Origin: a plasmid
Length of the DNA: 64,000 bases
Sequence record: NZ_CP040393.1
Direction: 5' to 3' (one strand)
Both the position numbers and the translations under genes were made by a program. The notes beneath the pieces were generated by a model. The model made no database searches, was not told where the DNA came from, and saw nothing but the letters and a program-made list of their open reading frames with translations. Shown one piece after another: positions 55,159 through 64,000 of this stretch. Each line of letters begins with the position of its first letter. Position 1 is the stretch's first letter.

Positions 55159-56529
55159 ATGGCAAGGAGGCAGATTCTTTCTCTGCCGGAAAGAGAATCA
55201 TTACTGGCATTACCGGACGATGAGTTAACGCTGACACGAATGGCGTATTTTAGTGAGCATGATCTGGCGCTTATCAGTGCTCACCGTAAACCCGCCAGCC
55301 GTTTTGGTTTTGCCGTCCTTCTTTGCTATCTGAAAAATGTCGGCTTTGCACCGGATAAAAAAATCCCACCTTCTGATGCTCTGCTGAAGCATATCGCCAG
55401 CAGGCTAAAACTTATCGGGAATCTCTGGCCTGCTTACCTTTCCGGCAGGGAAACCACGCGACGCGAACATTTAACCGAACTGTACCGCTATCTTGGAGTA
55501 AAAGCGTTCACCGGCAAAATACAGCAGGACTGTATTACACACCTGCTGCCGATGGCGACGCGCACCGATAAAGGTATTCTCCTGGGCGAAGAACTGCTGG
55601 TCTGGCTCCGGAAGAACAACGTGATAATCCCCGCGATTGATGTCGTGGAGCGTACCTGTGCGGAGGCCATGGCTGGCGGCGGTAAAATCGTATTTCAGAC
55701 CCTGAATGCCCCGTTAACTCCGGCTCACAGGGATGCCCTGGATCGTCTACTTGATTCCTCAGATAATCAGTCTTCCAGGCTGACATGGCTTCTGCAACCG
55801 CCGGGTAAAATCAATGGTAAGAACGTGCTGCAACACCTTGATCGGCTCAGTAGCATTGAATCGCTGGCATTACCTGAAGGTATAGATCGTACCATTCACC
55901 AGAACCGGTTGCTGAAACTGGCGCGGGAAGGCCGAAAGATGAGTAGCCGGGATTTGACCCGATTTTCAGCAGCCCGGCGTCATGCGATCCTGGTGTGCGT
56001 GCTGGAAGAAGCCAGAGCCACACTGACAGATGAAGTGATTGAGCTGCATGAACGCATGCTGAACAGCCTGTTCAGCAAAGCCAAAAGAACACAGGCTGAG
56101 CGCCTTCAACAGACCGGCAAGCTGATCCAGTCAAAACTGAGGCAGTACATCGATGTCGGCCAGGCTCTGTCTGAAGCCCGTGATTCCGGTGGCGATCCAT
56201 GGCTCGCAATAGAAAACATACTGCCATGGCCTCAATTTGTCGCCAGTCTGGAGGAAACACGCCATCTCGCCAGGAAAAATAATTTTGATCCGCTGCATAT
56301 TATTACTGAGAAATACAGCACATTACGGAAATATGCCCCGCGCATGTTGTCCGCTTTACAGTTAGTCGCCACCCCGGCAGCGCAACCTCTGGCTGATGCG
56401 CTGGTTGTGATCAAGGATATGTACCGGAAGCAGTCACGTAAAGTTCCGGCGACAGCGCCGCTTGAGTTTGTCCCTGAAAGCTGGCGCAAAGTGGTGATTA
56501 CACCTGCGGGTATTGACCGGCAGTACTAG
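55159..56529 (+). pseudogene. tnpA: Tn3-family transposase TnpA, N-terminal 456 aa only (a full TnpA is about 1000 aa); truncated at 56529
   Basis: MARRQILSLPERESLLALPDDELTLTRMAYFSEHDLALISAHRKPASRFGFAVLLCYLKNVGF... This is the DUF4158 N-terminal domain of Tn3-family TnpA. The ORF stops immediately before a GGGG-initiated IR-like 38-mer. Confidence 0.85.
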
Positions 56530-56567
56530 GGGTTTGATGCTCAACGGAACGGTTTCACACGCTAAGA
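56530..56567 (+). repeat. Tn3-family 38-bp inverted-repeat variant (GGGGTTTGATGCTCAACGGAACGGTTTCACACGCTAAG), outer end at 56530. Pairs with the IR at 56662-56699 to bound a 170-bp TIME-like mini element.
   Basis: Compare Tn1000 GGGGTTTGAGGGCCAATGGAACGAAAACGTACGTTAAG and Tn21 ...ACGCTAAG. Confidence 0.6.
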
Positions 56568-56661
56568 GCTTTTTGTCCGATAAATCAGAATATTATGGAC
56601 AGTGAAAAATGCGCCTAAAGCGGCGTACTTTTAATCGATTTTTCAGACGACCTTTCTCACC

Positions 56662-56699
56662 TAACGTGAGTTTTCGTTCCACTGAGCGTCAGCCCCCGT
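56662..56699 (-). repeat. Tn3-family terminal inverted repeat (outer end at 56699)
   Basis: Plus strand CCTAACGTGAGTTTTCGTTCCACTGAGCGTCAGCCCCC. The Tn3 IR reverse complement is CTTAACGTGAGTTTTCGTTCCACTGAGCGTCAGACCCC (36/38). Confidence 0.85.
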
Positions 56700-56953
56700 T
56701 TCCACGGGCACGCCCACGGCTTAACACCCATTTCCAGCGCCTCGATGATGCTGTCTGTCACGGTCTGGTAGATATCGGGTCTGGCTTTGGAAAATTTCGT
56801 TTTTGAGGAGCCTGACTGCTCCAGCGGGGATACGCTGGTCGCCGGTGCGGATTTAGGAGCGGTTGTCCGGGTATGCAGGTTCATAGTCATGGTGGTTTCT
56901 CCGTCAGTGTGAATTTCGTCTTCGTATCGCCTGACGGTTCGCTTTTCCGACAT
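56700..56953 (-). pseudogene. ardC: ardC-like antirestriction / ssDNA-binding protein, N-terminal fragment truncated by the Tn3-family IR
   Basis: MSEKRTVRRYED...KARPDIYQTVTDSIIEALEMGVKPWACPWKRG matches the ArdC_N (DUF1738) motif LYQKVTD.IIAALE.G..PW. The ORF reads straight into the IR at 56699. Confidence 0.55.
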
Positions 56954-57251
56954 CGTTCCGGCCAGCAAGGGCGCTGAATGCGTGCCATTTACCCTTGTGG
57001 GACGGGTTGTGTTGGTAAACGATTACCGGAAGCTGATTCGAAAGAGAAAGGAGCACAGGAGAAAATGACGGCAGGCATTCCCGGACTTACCGCCCCTTAA
57101 GCAGCACTGGTGAAATTATTTCTGGTACAGATTAACGCCGCGCATCGGCAAAATGATGCCTCTAATTTCCATATATTGCTCAGCTTCCTACTGCTTGTTT
57201 GTTCTCTGTTAGAATAGGCGGATTACGTTATTCTGGTTTCGAGGTTTATTC

Positions 57252-57794
57252 GTGAACATTGATGAAGTAGCCAAGTGGCGTCCTTTTACGGATCCAGAGG
57301 GCAACATATGGGATTTGTCATTTCTTGACGCACATGAGGTTACTTATACTCATTGTTCTCCCGGTAAACCTGACATCGTGTACAAGTTTATTGTGTCTTA
57401 CTCGTTTCATTGTTTTTGTAAGGATTACCCGGAGCAGACTGAGGAAGAAAAATCGGCATTGATGTATAACGCAGGGAAAGACAAGAGACCATTTTGTAAG
57501 ACTCGATATGCTCTTGCTAGGGACAGGCTGCGAGCAATCATTGAAGAATTGGGTAACGCAAAGGTTATCCATGCTGGCTATGGTAGCTATGCTGTTGTAG
57601 AGATTACGGTAAATGAAGGTGAAAGTGAGTTCTACTTCGTGCCCTTTAAGGTTTATCGTGAGCGTAAAAAGCTGCGTCTTCATGTTACCAGTGCTTATCC
57701 TGTCAGCGAACGACCGTCAGGTAAACCGGTTAGCTTTTTCAAGATCGCCCACAATCTTTTACGTGGGAAACCATTACCTAAACCCCAGATGTAA
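57252..57794 (+). CDS. AT-rich orphan protein (180 aa), unknown function (GTG start)
   Basis: MNIDEVAKWRPFTDPEGNIWDLSFLDAHEVTYTHCSPGKPDIVYKFIVSYSFHCFCKDYPEQTEEEK... Low GC compared with the backbone. Confidence 0.45.
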   Translation: MNIDEVAKWRPFTDPEGNIWDLSFLDAHEVTYTHCSPGKPDIVYKFIVSYSFHCFCKDYPEQTEEEKSALMYNAGKDKRPFCKTRYALARDRLRAIIEELGNAKVIHAGYGSYAVVEITVNEGESEFYFVPFKVYRERKKLRLHVTSAYPVSERPSGKPVSFFKIAHNLLRGKPLPKPQM

Positions 57795-58325
57795 CAAAGC
57801 CCGCTTTGTAGCGGGCTTCGCCAGAATTTCTTCTGGTATTCAGAACACCTTTACCGGGCTTGGCCTCGACCAACATTGCTGCTGGTAGTGGGATGTCTGG
57901 TATCACCAGTCTGCTGCATCCTTAAAACAATTGTAGGTAGTGTGATGTAGATTTGCAACCACAATGTGTGGTTGCACCTATATACTAACTTTTCTCGATC
58001 TCCCCACAATCCCTTTCTGTATCGGGATTTCTGGAAATAGCCGACTAAAGAAACCTATAACCTAACTGCTATTCTGCGGTTCATGATGTTAGACGGATTT
58101 CCCCACCATATCGAAACCGGGTATGCCGAAAAAACGGGAAAATTTCACGGTAAAGGCTCCGATTTAACATATAACACCTTAACCGCACCGGCCCTGTGTA
58201 TTGCTGCATGCTTCACAGCTTTTACCTGACAACCTACCTAAAGTAAAAAATGGCATTAGGTTAGTGACTGGCTCTCCATTATGAGGGAGTCATACTCTGG
58301 GATTACAACACAAGGAACACAATAT

Positions 58326-58487
58326 ATGGCAAATTACTGGTCCGGCCAGAAATGTCCTGAAACAGGCACCTATGGTCAGTATCATGATACGAATAACGCT
58401 TACGCAGGCTCTGAACACGATCGTCACGTTAAAAAAGACGACAATTTCCCCCCCAGCCTGAATAACTATCACTTTAAAAAGAAATAA
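58326..58487 (+). CDS. Small hypothetical protein (53 aa)
   Basis: MANYWSGQKCPETGTYGQYHDTNNAYAGSEHDRHVKKDDNFPPSLNNYHFKKK, with an AAGGAACA RBS. Family not recognised. Confidence 0.3.
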   Translation: MANYWSGQKCPETGTYGQYHDTNNAYAGSEHDRHVKKDDNFPPSLNNYHFKKK

Positions 58488-58564
58488 CCAACGTCCTATC
58501 TATGGGGCGAAAGCCCCATTTTCAGTTCAGACAGTCCAACCTTCCATCTTGTATTTGGGGTTTG

Positions 58565-58606
58565 GGGTTTGGGGTTTGGGGTTTGGGGTTTGGGGTTTGG
58601 GGAGCA
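58565..58606. repeat. (TTTGGGG)6 perfect tandem heptamer; G-quadruplex-capable, ciliate-telomere-like simple repeat
   Basis: tatttggggtttggggtttggggtttggggtttggggtttggggag. Intergenic. Confidence 0.95.
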
Positions 58607-58773
58607 ACAGTGTGAAAAACCACGCTAAGGAACTAACAGTCTGAAATATCATGACTTATGAGACTGCGTTTTTGAGGCTAAAAAGTAGTTCCATATATCG
58701 TTTTTTGATTGTTTGAGACTGGACCGTATCAGAATCGATTTTTGATACCGCTTAACGTGGTTTTTTTACATCA

Positions 58774-59040
58774 TTGGCCGTCAACCCCCGATACCGGATG
58801 CCAGCTGAAAGCACTTTCCGGAAAGGCATATTTCAGCGCAAACGCAATCTGTTCTTTGGTATAACGGGTCTTTTTCATGGCGATGTACCTCCCGGCGAGC
58901 TTGAAGAAAGACCGGAGACTTTAGTTTAGACTGGCACTGTTTTCAGGGAGGAGATCAAACGAAGCTGTATTCTTCCCTGATCCTGTCATTCAGTTTATCC
59001 GGAGGGCAGTTAGCCGGTAAAAACCACGCCCTCCGGTTCA
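58774..59040 (-). mobile_element. IS3-family (IS407-group-like) insertion-sequence remnant: putative IRL (TGAACCGGAGGGC...) plus the first 16 codons of orfA, then truncated
   Basis: Minus-strand ORF from 58878: MKKTRYTKEQIAFALK matches the IS3-family OrfA N-terminus (MKKTRYTEEQIAFALKQAE...). It then diverges and stops after 35 codons. TGAACC on the minus strand at 59040-59035 sits about 160 nt upstream, directly abutting the MCP stop. Confidence 0.4.
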
Positions 59041-59052
59041 CAATAAAGCAGC

Positions 59053-61005
59053 TTAGCGCGCGGCAAAGAACGCCAGCGCCGCCTCCAGATTCCTGGCCTG
59101 TTCTTCGAGTGACATGGCCGCTGCGGAAATCTGTTGCACCAGTGAGGCATTTTGCTGGGTGGCGCTGTCCATCTGATTCACCGCCTCGCTCACCTGACTC
59201 ACGCCTTTCGTCTGCTCATCCAGTGCCTGCACAATCTCGGCAATGACCAGATGCACGCTGGATACCGATTCGATGATTTGCTTCATCATCGCCCCGGTCT
59301 CATTCACCAGCGCCACACCTTTACTGACGCGCCCGGACGACTCCGCAATCAGTGCCGAAATCTCCCTGGCCGCGCTGGCGCTGCGCTGTGCAAGGTTACG
59401 TACTTCACCCGCCACCACCGCAAAACCTCTGCCCTGTTCGCCAGCCCGGGCGGCTTCGACCGCCGCGTTCAGCGCCAGAATATTGGTCTGGAAAGCAATG
59501 CTGTCGATGATACTGTTGATATCGCCAATCTTGATGGCGCTCTCATCAATCTTGCCGATGATATCCACCACCTCATTCACCAGCGCTTCGCCCTGCCCGG
59601 CAATCTGCGCTGCGTTCTGTGTCAGCGATGTCGCCTTGTGCGCGTTCCCGGCGTTGTTTTTTACGGTCACGGAAATCTGTTCCATGCTCGCTGCGGTCTG
59701 CACAATCGCCGCTGCCTGCTCCTCGGTTCGCGAGGCCAGATCGAGGTTTCCGGCCGCAATTTCGCTGCTGCCGGAGCGCACGGAACTACTGGCATCACTG
59801 ATGCTACCGACGATGCGCCGGAGTTGCTCCTGCATGGTATGCAGGGCATAGAAAATGCTGCTGTTATCGCCCGCGCGTACCGGGATCTCATTACTCAAAT
59901 CCCCCTGCGCCACGGACAGCGCTATCTCTGACGCCTCTGTCGGCTCCCCCCCCACCGGACGTGCAACCTTACGGGTGAACACCAGCGCCACCACCACACT
60001 GACAATAATAATGCTCAGGATCATCAGGATGATGGCGTTACGCAGGTAGTGCCAGGCTTCGGCCATCACCACACTCACCGGGGTCACAATCGCCAGCTTC
60101 CACGGCGTCCGACTGTTACCAATCTCGATGGTACGCCAGGTAATAAACGCCGGCTCTTTTAATATCTTATCGTCTGCGCGAATCACCGCTTTCCCGCCGA
60201 TGGTCCCCGTCCAGGGTTTACCCGCTGCGGCCTTATCCGGACTGGAAACCACTTTATTGTCTGCCGAGAGCAATACCGCGTAACCCGTTCCTTCCCACGG
60301 CTTTATCGCGCCAGTCATTTTTTGCAGCGTTTCCAGCGAGAAATCCGATGTAACCGAGCCCTGAAACTTACCGTCGCGAATAATCGGTGCCGCGATGGAG
60401 GTCAGCATCACATCCACGCCGTTATAGGGGTAGATATACGGCTCGAGAATGACCTCTGTCTGGCGCTGACGCGGCAGCAGGTAGTAATCGCCGCTACCCG
60501 GTGTTTCATAATCCACCAGGTTATGCAGCGCCGGATGGCCGCTGTTATCGCGATCAACATAGCGTGCATAACGGCCAGCCGGATCCTGATCTGCTTTTCC
60601 CGCGAATTCCGCGTCCTTGCCATCGAATGCATTTGCCTCAAAAGCCAGTGACATCGACAGAAAATCAGGATGATGATGCAGATAATCACTCAGCAACTGG
60701 TCCAGTCCGCGCCGGTCAGCGAGCCCCGCCTGGTGCAACGCCCAGGCGCTGTTACCCAAATCACGGGCGGCGTTCAGCGCCGAGTCCAGCTGTTGCTGAA
60801 TACGTAATGATTCAGTGAGCGCTATTTGCTGCAGATGTTTCCTGGCGACGGCGTCCTGCTGGCCCATTGATTGCCAGAGCAGCAGACCGATGGTGACCAG
60901 GAACCCGGCAGTGATGGTGACAAAAATAGATACCAGCATTAGCGTTCTGGCTTTTACTTTTTTCCCGGCAGATTTCATTGCGCCCATATTCTTCTCCGAC
61001 ATCAC
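59053..61005 (-). CDS. Methyl-accepting chemotaxis protein with a periplasmic dCache-type sensor
   Basis: 650 aa. TM1, Cache-like periplasmic domain, TM2, HAMP, MCP signalling domain (...[24 protein letters not shown]... with a conserved methylation/hairpin region). Confidence 0.9.
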   Translation of the reverse strand: MMSEKNMGAMKSAGKKVKARTLMLVSIFVTITAGFLVTIGLLLWQSMGQQDAVARKHLQQIALTESLRIQQQLDSALNAARDLGNSAWALHQAGLADRRGLDQLLSDYLHHHPDFLSMSLAFEANAFDGKDAEFAGKADQDPAGRYARYVDRDNSGHPALHNLVDYETPGSGDYYLLPRQRQTEVILEPYIYPYNGVDVMLTSIAAPIIRDGKFQGSVTSDFSLETLQKMTGAIKPWEGTGYAVLLSADNKVVSSPDKAAAGKPWTGTIGGKAVIRADDKILKEPAFITWRTIEIGNSRTPWKLAIVTPVSVVMAEAWHYLRNAIILMILSIIIVSVVVALVFTRKVARPVGGEPTEASEIALSVAQGDLSNEIPVRAGDNSSIFYALHTMQEQLRRIVGSISDASSSVRSGSSEIAAGNLDLASRTEEQAAAIVQTAASMEQISVTVKNNAGNAHKATSLTQNAAQIAGQGEALVNEVVDIIGKIDESAIKIGDINSIIDSIAFQTNILALNAAVEAARAGEQGRGFAVVAGEVRNLAQRSASAAREISALIAESSGRVSKGVALVNETGAMMKQIIESVSSVHLVIAEIVQALDEQTKGVSQVSEAVNQMDSATQQNASLVQQISAAAMSLEEQARNLEAALAFFAAR

Positions 61006-62364
61006 GTAACACAGGGTGGGTATGTCATATATCGACCTGTGTACAGGTGGATTTAGATTAAATTTTGTTTACACCGGAAAGTGAGAGTGGCGGGCACAGT
61101 TTATACCATAAAATCAATGATATAGATCATACATATAAACCGTCATCATGGCGTTGACGATACGGCCTTCCAGCTGGAATTGTTCTACAACATGGCCCTG
61201 CGTCACAGTCATCTCGGTGGCGTCAGTCCGGAGGCCTTTGAACAGGCCCCGTCGTGAGGACAGGATGTCTACGGTTGTGGGAGCAGTCCACCTGCAGCAG
61301 GCAGGCACTTCCGTCCTGGCCCAGGCCAACCAGGTCCCGCTGACAATGCTTTCGCTGCTGCGCTGATATCCATCACGTCCTTCATGGCGGGAATTCCGGA
61401 GAGAGGCCCGTCCGGGTAACCGGCGGGTCCGGGGTTCGGTTCAGAATCTCAGTTTGTAAAGAAAATAGTTAAATACTTTCCTGAGAATCAGACATTATAA
61501 ATATTTTCAAAGCTCAGGACAGGGCGGTTACGTTATTTTATGCGGAACGGCTTCAACGGGCGGGCGGTAAAAATTTTTCACCGGTTCAGTACAGACTAAA
61601 AAATCACTTTTATACGAAACCTCTGCCTTAATGTCTGAAAATGGTTGTGGGTTTATAATAATTAACTTAACGCCTGCGCCTGTTTTCAAGTCTTTTTGAA
61701 TTGACAAGTTTATAATGCCTGCAGAATGAAAAGATTATCAATACTATCAGCACCAGTATTGCAAGCAGATAAAACAGAGTCATAGCTGGTTAGCCATCAG
61801 GTTGTATTATCGCGAATAATACTTTTCATGTCGGGACAAGTCCAGTCACCCTGTTATAAATAGGAGTCGCCTCAGTAATCGCTGTTCGCTGTATTTATCA
61901 TTTTTGCTGGCAGAAAAAATGGTTACTAATTACTGGTCTTCCCACCATTGCATTTAAAACCAATTATCCCGGGGTATACAAAACGTTTACTGCACCCGCT
62001 TTCCTTCTGACCAATTCCTCCCTCCATGAGGACGTCCACCTGTCCGGCCTGCTGCTCTCTCTACGATCATCCCGGCACCACCTGCGGGAATAAATGAATC
62101 CGCACCGGTATTATGGCCTGCCCGCTCATTTTGTAAGCACACACGTTTTAGTTCCACGCACTTTTTGAGATTTCCGGAGTTTCAGTCATCAGCCGGTACC
62201 GGTAATGACCAACGTTTCTTACAATAACAGCGAACAGTTGCAAGGTAGGACAAAGATAAAAGCCTGCTGAAGACGGGCAACGTCTGCCTGACGGGAACTA
62301 ACGTGACCAGAGGCAGAACGCTGGCGGTGGTGGTGATTACTAATCAGGCGGCTCCAGAAGAAAC

Positions 62365-63495
62365 TTAAGCGGGTGACCTCCCTCCATCGTCGGTGTTATC
62401 CATTTCCTGAGATCTGAGACGTTTGCTTTCGTATAATCTGTCATCCGCAGCGCGCAGAAGCGCATCTAAATCCGCAGAAGAAGTACACGAGCTCGCCGAT
62501 CCAATGCTGCAACTGAGGTGCACCGTTGCGCAAGATAACTCGAATGGCAGCCGCAAATTTTCATTTAGTAGCTCTCTCAGCAATTCTGATTCATCTTCAT
62601 CATGAAGAATCTTTTGTAACACGACAAACTCATCACCACCAATTCTGGCGACAGTTGTCCCTTCCGGCACTATTCTGTTAATACGATTTGCCACGGTAAT
62701 AAGCACCTCATCGCCTGTGGCGTGGCCATACCTGTCGTTGACGCCCTTAAAACCATCAAGGTCAAGGCAATGAATGGTAATTTTTCCAGCGGTGAACAGG
62801 ATGTGACGAAACGCTTCTCTTAAGCCTAGCCGGTTTGCCAGACCGGTCAGCGGGTCGTTACGCGCGAGTCTCTCCATATCCAGACGCAGGCTGATATTAC
62901 GTACCGAATTGCGGTGTATATAAATCACACTATGGATACCGCCTGATAAGAACAAGAGGAAGATGACCGCGACAATACGTTGGGAAACGCTTCCCACCGC
63001 GTATGAGCAAATAATGGTGGGCACGGCGGCAATAATCATGGCAGTACTGGCAATCAATGGCCGCGGAGCTAATCGCGTGGAAACCCCGGCGCAGTATCCA
63101 AATAAAAGTGCGGTTGCCAGTAAATGCAACTCAGAAAAGGTAGACAGAAACATTAATGACGCTAACCCGCCCACAGAGGATGATACCACTGTGGTCATGG
63201 TAATATGCGCCAGTTCCCAGTGTCTCGACTCACCTAATCCAGGAAGTTCATCAAAACTGTTCCTGCGTAGTTGCAGTAATATAACGAATACTTTACCAAC
63301 GGACCCACCCCCTCCCATAATTGTCAGAAACAATAAAGTATCAATATTCCGGAGCGAAAAAGCATAAGCCCCTATAAGAACAATGGTCATTCCCATTATA
63401 CTTGTCGGAATCAGGGTGCGGGAAAGCTCGGCAACTAACGCTCTGTAGACATCTGGGGGATCCTTGCGGAAAAATCTCACATACATTTCTTTCAA
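62365..63495 (-). CDS. Diguanylate cyclase: membrane sensor domain (7-8 TM) + GGDEF
   Basis: ...GLANRLGLREAFR...HCLDLDGFKGVNDRYGHATGDEVL...ARIGGDEFVVLQ... Confidence 0.85.
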   Translation of the reverse strand: MKEMYVRFFRKDPPDVYRALVAELSRTLIPTSIMGMTIVLIGAYAFSLRNIDTLLFLTIMGGGGSVGKVFVILLQLRRNSFDELPGLGESRHWELAHITMTTVVSSSVGGLASLMFLSTFSELHLLATALLFGYCAGVSTRLAPRPLIASTAMIIAAVPTIICSYAVGSVSQRIVAVIFLLFLSGGIHSVIYIHRNSVRNISLRLDMERLARNDPLTGLANRLGLREAFRHILFTAGKITIHCLDLDGFKGVNDRYGHATGDEVLITVANRINRIVPEGTTVARIGGDEFVVLQKILHDEDESELLRELLNENLRLPFELSCATVHLSCSIGSASSCTSSADLDALLRAADDRLYESKRLRSQEMDNTDDGGRSPA

Positions 63496-63679
63496 TCACC
63501 ATATCAGTCCGTTATACGTCCGATGTTAACTGGGTTATGAGCGGTAAATCCAGAATTACGCTCCAGAACAGAAAACGATTATCCAGGACAGATATAAGCA
63601 AGGTGATACCCTGAATAATATCATCAGAATGTTCGACAAAAATCATTATGCTATTATGCCATGGTCAGCCACACCCGAT

Positions 63680-63895
63680 TTACTGTAGCGACAGACATTC
63701 GGATTGATTTCTGTGATCTTCTATCACCCTGGCAACGTAATTCATCTGAACGTCGGCTGTGTGCCAAATACGGATATTATCCAGATTTCTGCCGAGCCCC
63801 ACATGCCGGTTTATGCCGGTTAGGATTTTCCTCATTTTCCGGAAATCATGAACTAAGACCTCGAAAATTGCCAGGAAATGGCCCCTGTTTAACAT
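63680..63895 (-). CDS. Hypothetical protein (71 aa), possibly a gene fragment
   Basis: ORF only; no recognisable motif. Confidence 0.2.
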   Translation of the reverse strand: MLNRGHFLAIFEVLVHDFRKMRKILTGINRHVGLGRNLDNIRIWHTADVQMNYVARVIEDHRNQSECLSLQ

Positions 63896-63913
63896 ATAAC
63901 CCCTTCAGTGCCT

Positions 63914-64000
63914 TAACGACACCGCCAGTAATAATCCATGACGATAATTACCAGGATGATACCGGCGACCCCTGCAACCCCTGCGATGAATTCACTCATG
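63914..64000 (-). CDS. Very small hydrophobic protein (28 aa) starting at the window edge
   Basis: MSEFIAGVAGVAGIILVIIVMDYYWRCR. A single TM. Speculative. Confidence 0.2.

Noticed and set aside
58565-58606. TTTGGGG tandem array considered as a CRISPR array or replication iterons
   Set aside because: There are no spacers and the units are contiguous 7-mers, so it is not CRISPR. It is far from repA and too short and simple for iterons. Reported instead as a simple sequence repeat / G4 tract.
1-64000. rRNA, tRNA, CRISPR and integrase / att sites (test of whether this is an integrative element rather than a plasmid)
   Set aside because: No tRNA-like cloverleaf, rRNA, tyrosine integrase or CRISPR repeat-spacer structure was recognised. 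The presence of an IncFII-type repA plus candidate oriV favours a plasmid context.

Overview
This window reads as a segment of an F-like (MPF-F / MOB-F) conjugative plasmid from a GC-rich (about 57-60% GC) enterobacterial host. Left to right: (i) host or cargo genes on the minus strand (partial methyl-accepting chemotaxis protein, VOC/glyoxalase). (ii) A leading region on the plus strand, about 1.55-7.7 kb: a hok/mok-type killer locus; two ~0.9 kb GC-rich direct repeats that look like Frpo/ssi-type single-strand promoter elements, each fused to an ORF with an identical 20-aa N-terminus; a run of small uncharacterised ORFs that are candidate anti-defence genes; a DUF932-like protein; the orf169/gene-X lytic transglycosylase. 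(iii) oriT, with an F-type nic motif GCGTGGGGTGT beside a hairpin on the minus (transferred) strand at about 7815-7846. (iv) A near-complete F-type tra operon on the plus strand: traM, A, L, E, K, B, V, C, trbI, traW, U, trbC, traN, F, trbB, H, G, S, T, D, I. Departures from F: traJ/traY are replaced by a divergently transcribed tandem ribbon-helix-helix regulator; an SPFH/band-7 gene sits inside the operon; a 3.2 kb insert lies between traW and traU, carrying a diverged tandem duplication of [traW 3' end + small polytopic membrane protein] plus unknown ORFs; traG carries four +1 frameshifts; the TrbB homologue has CxxS instead of CxxC; TraI carries a ~200-aa low-complexity insertion. (v) A DsbA-like oxidoreductase, an IncFII-type repA with a tap-like coupled leader peptide, and a candidate oriV. 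(vi) A convergent pair (hydrophobic-hairpin protein + small TM protein), an inverted traX, a sugar-acid catabolic cluster (GntR, MFS, Zn-ADH, SDR, ManD-type dehydratase), a Tn3-family tnpR/res/truncated tnpA with 38-bp IRs including a 170-bp TIME-like mini element, a truncated ardC, an IS3-family orfA stub, a (TTTGGGG)6 tract, a second MCP and a GGDEF protein. All calls come from reading the sequence and translations; no database search was possible.
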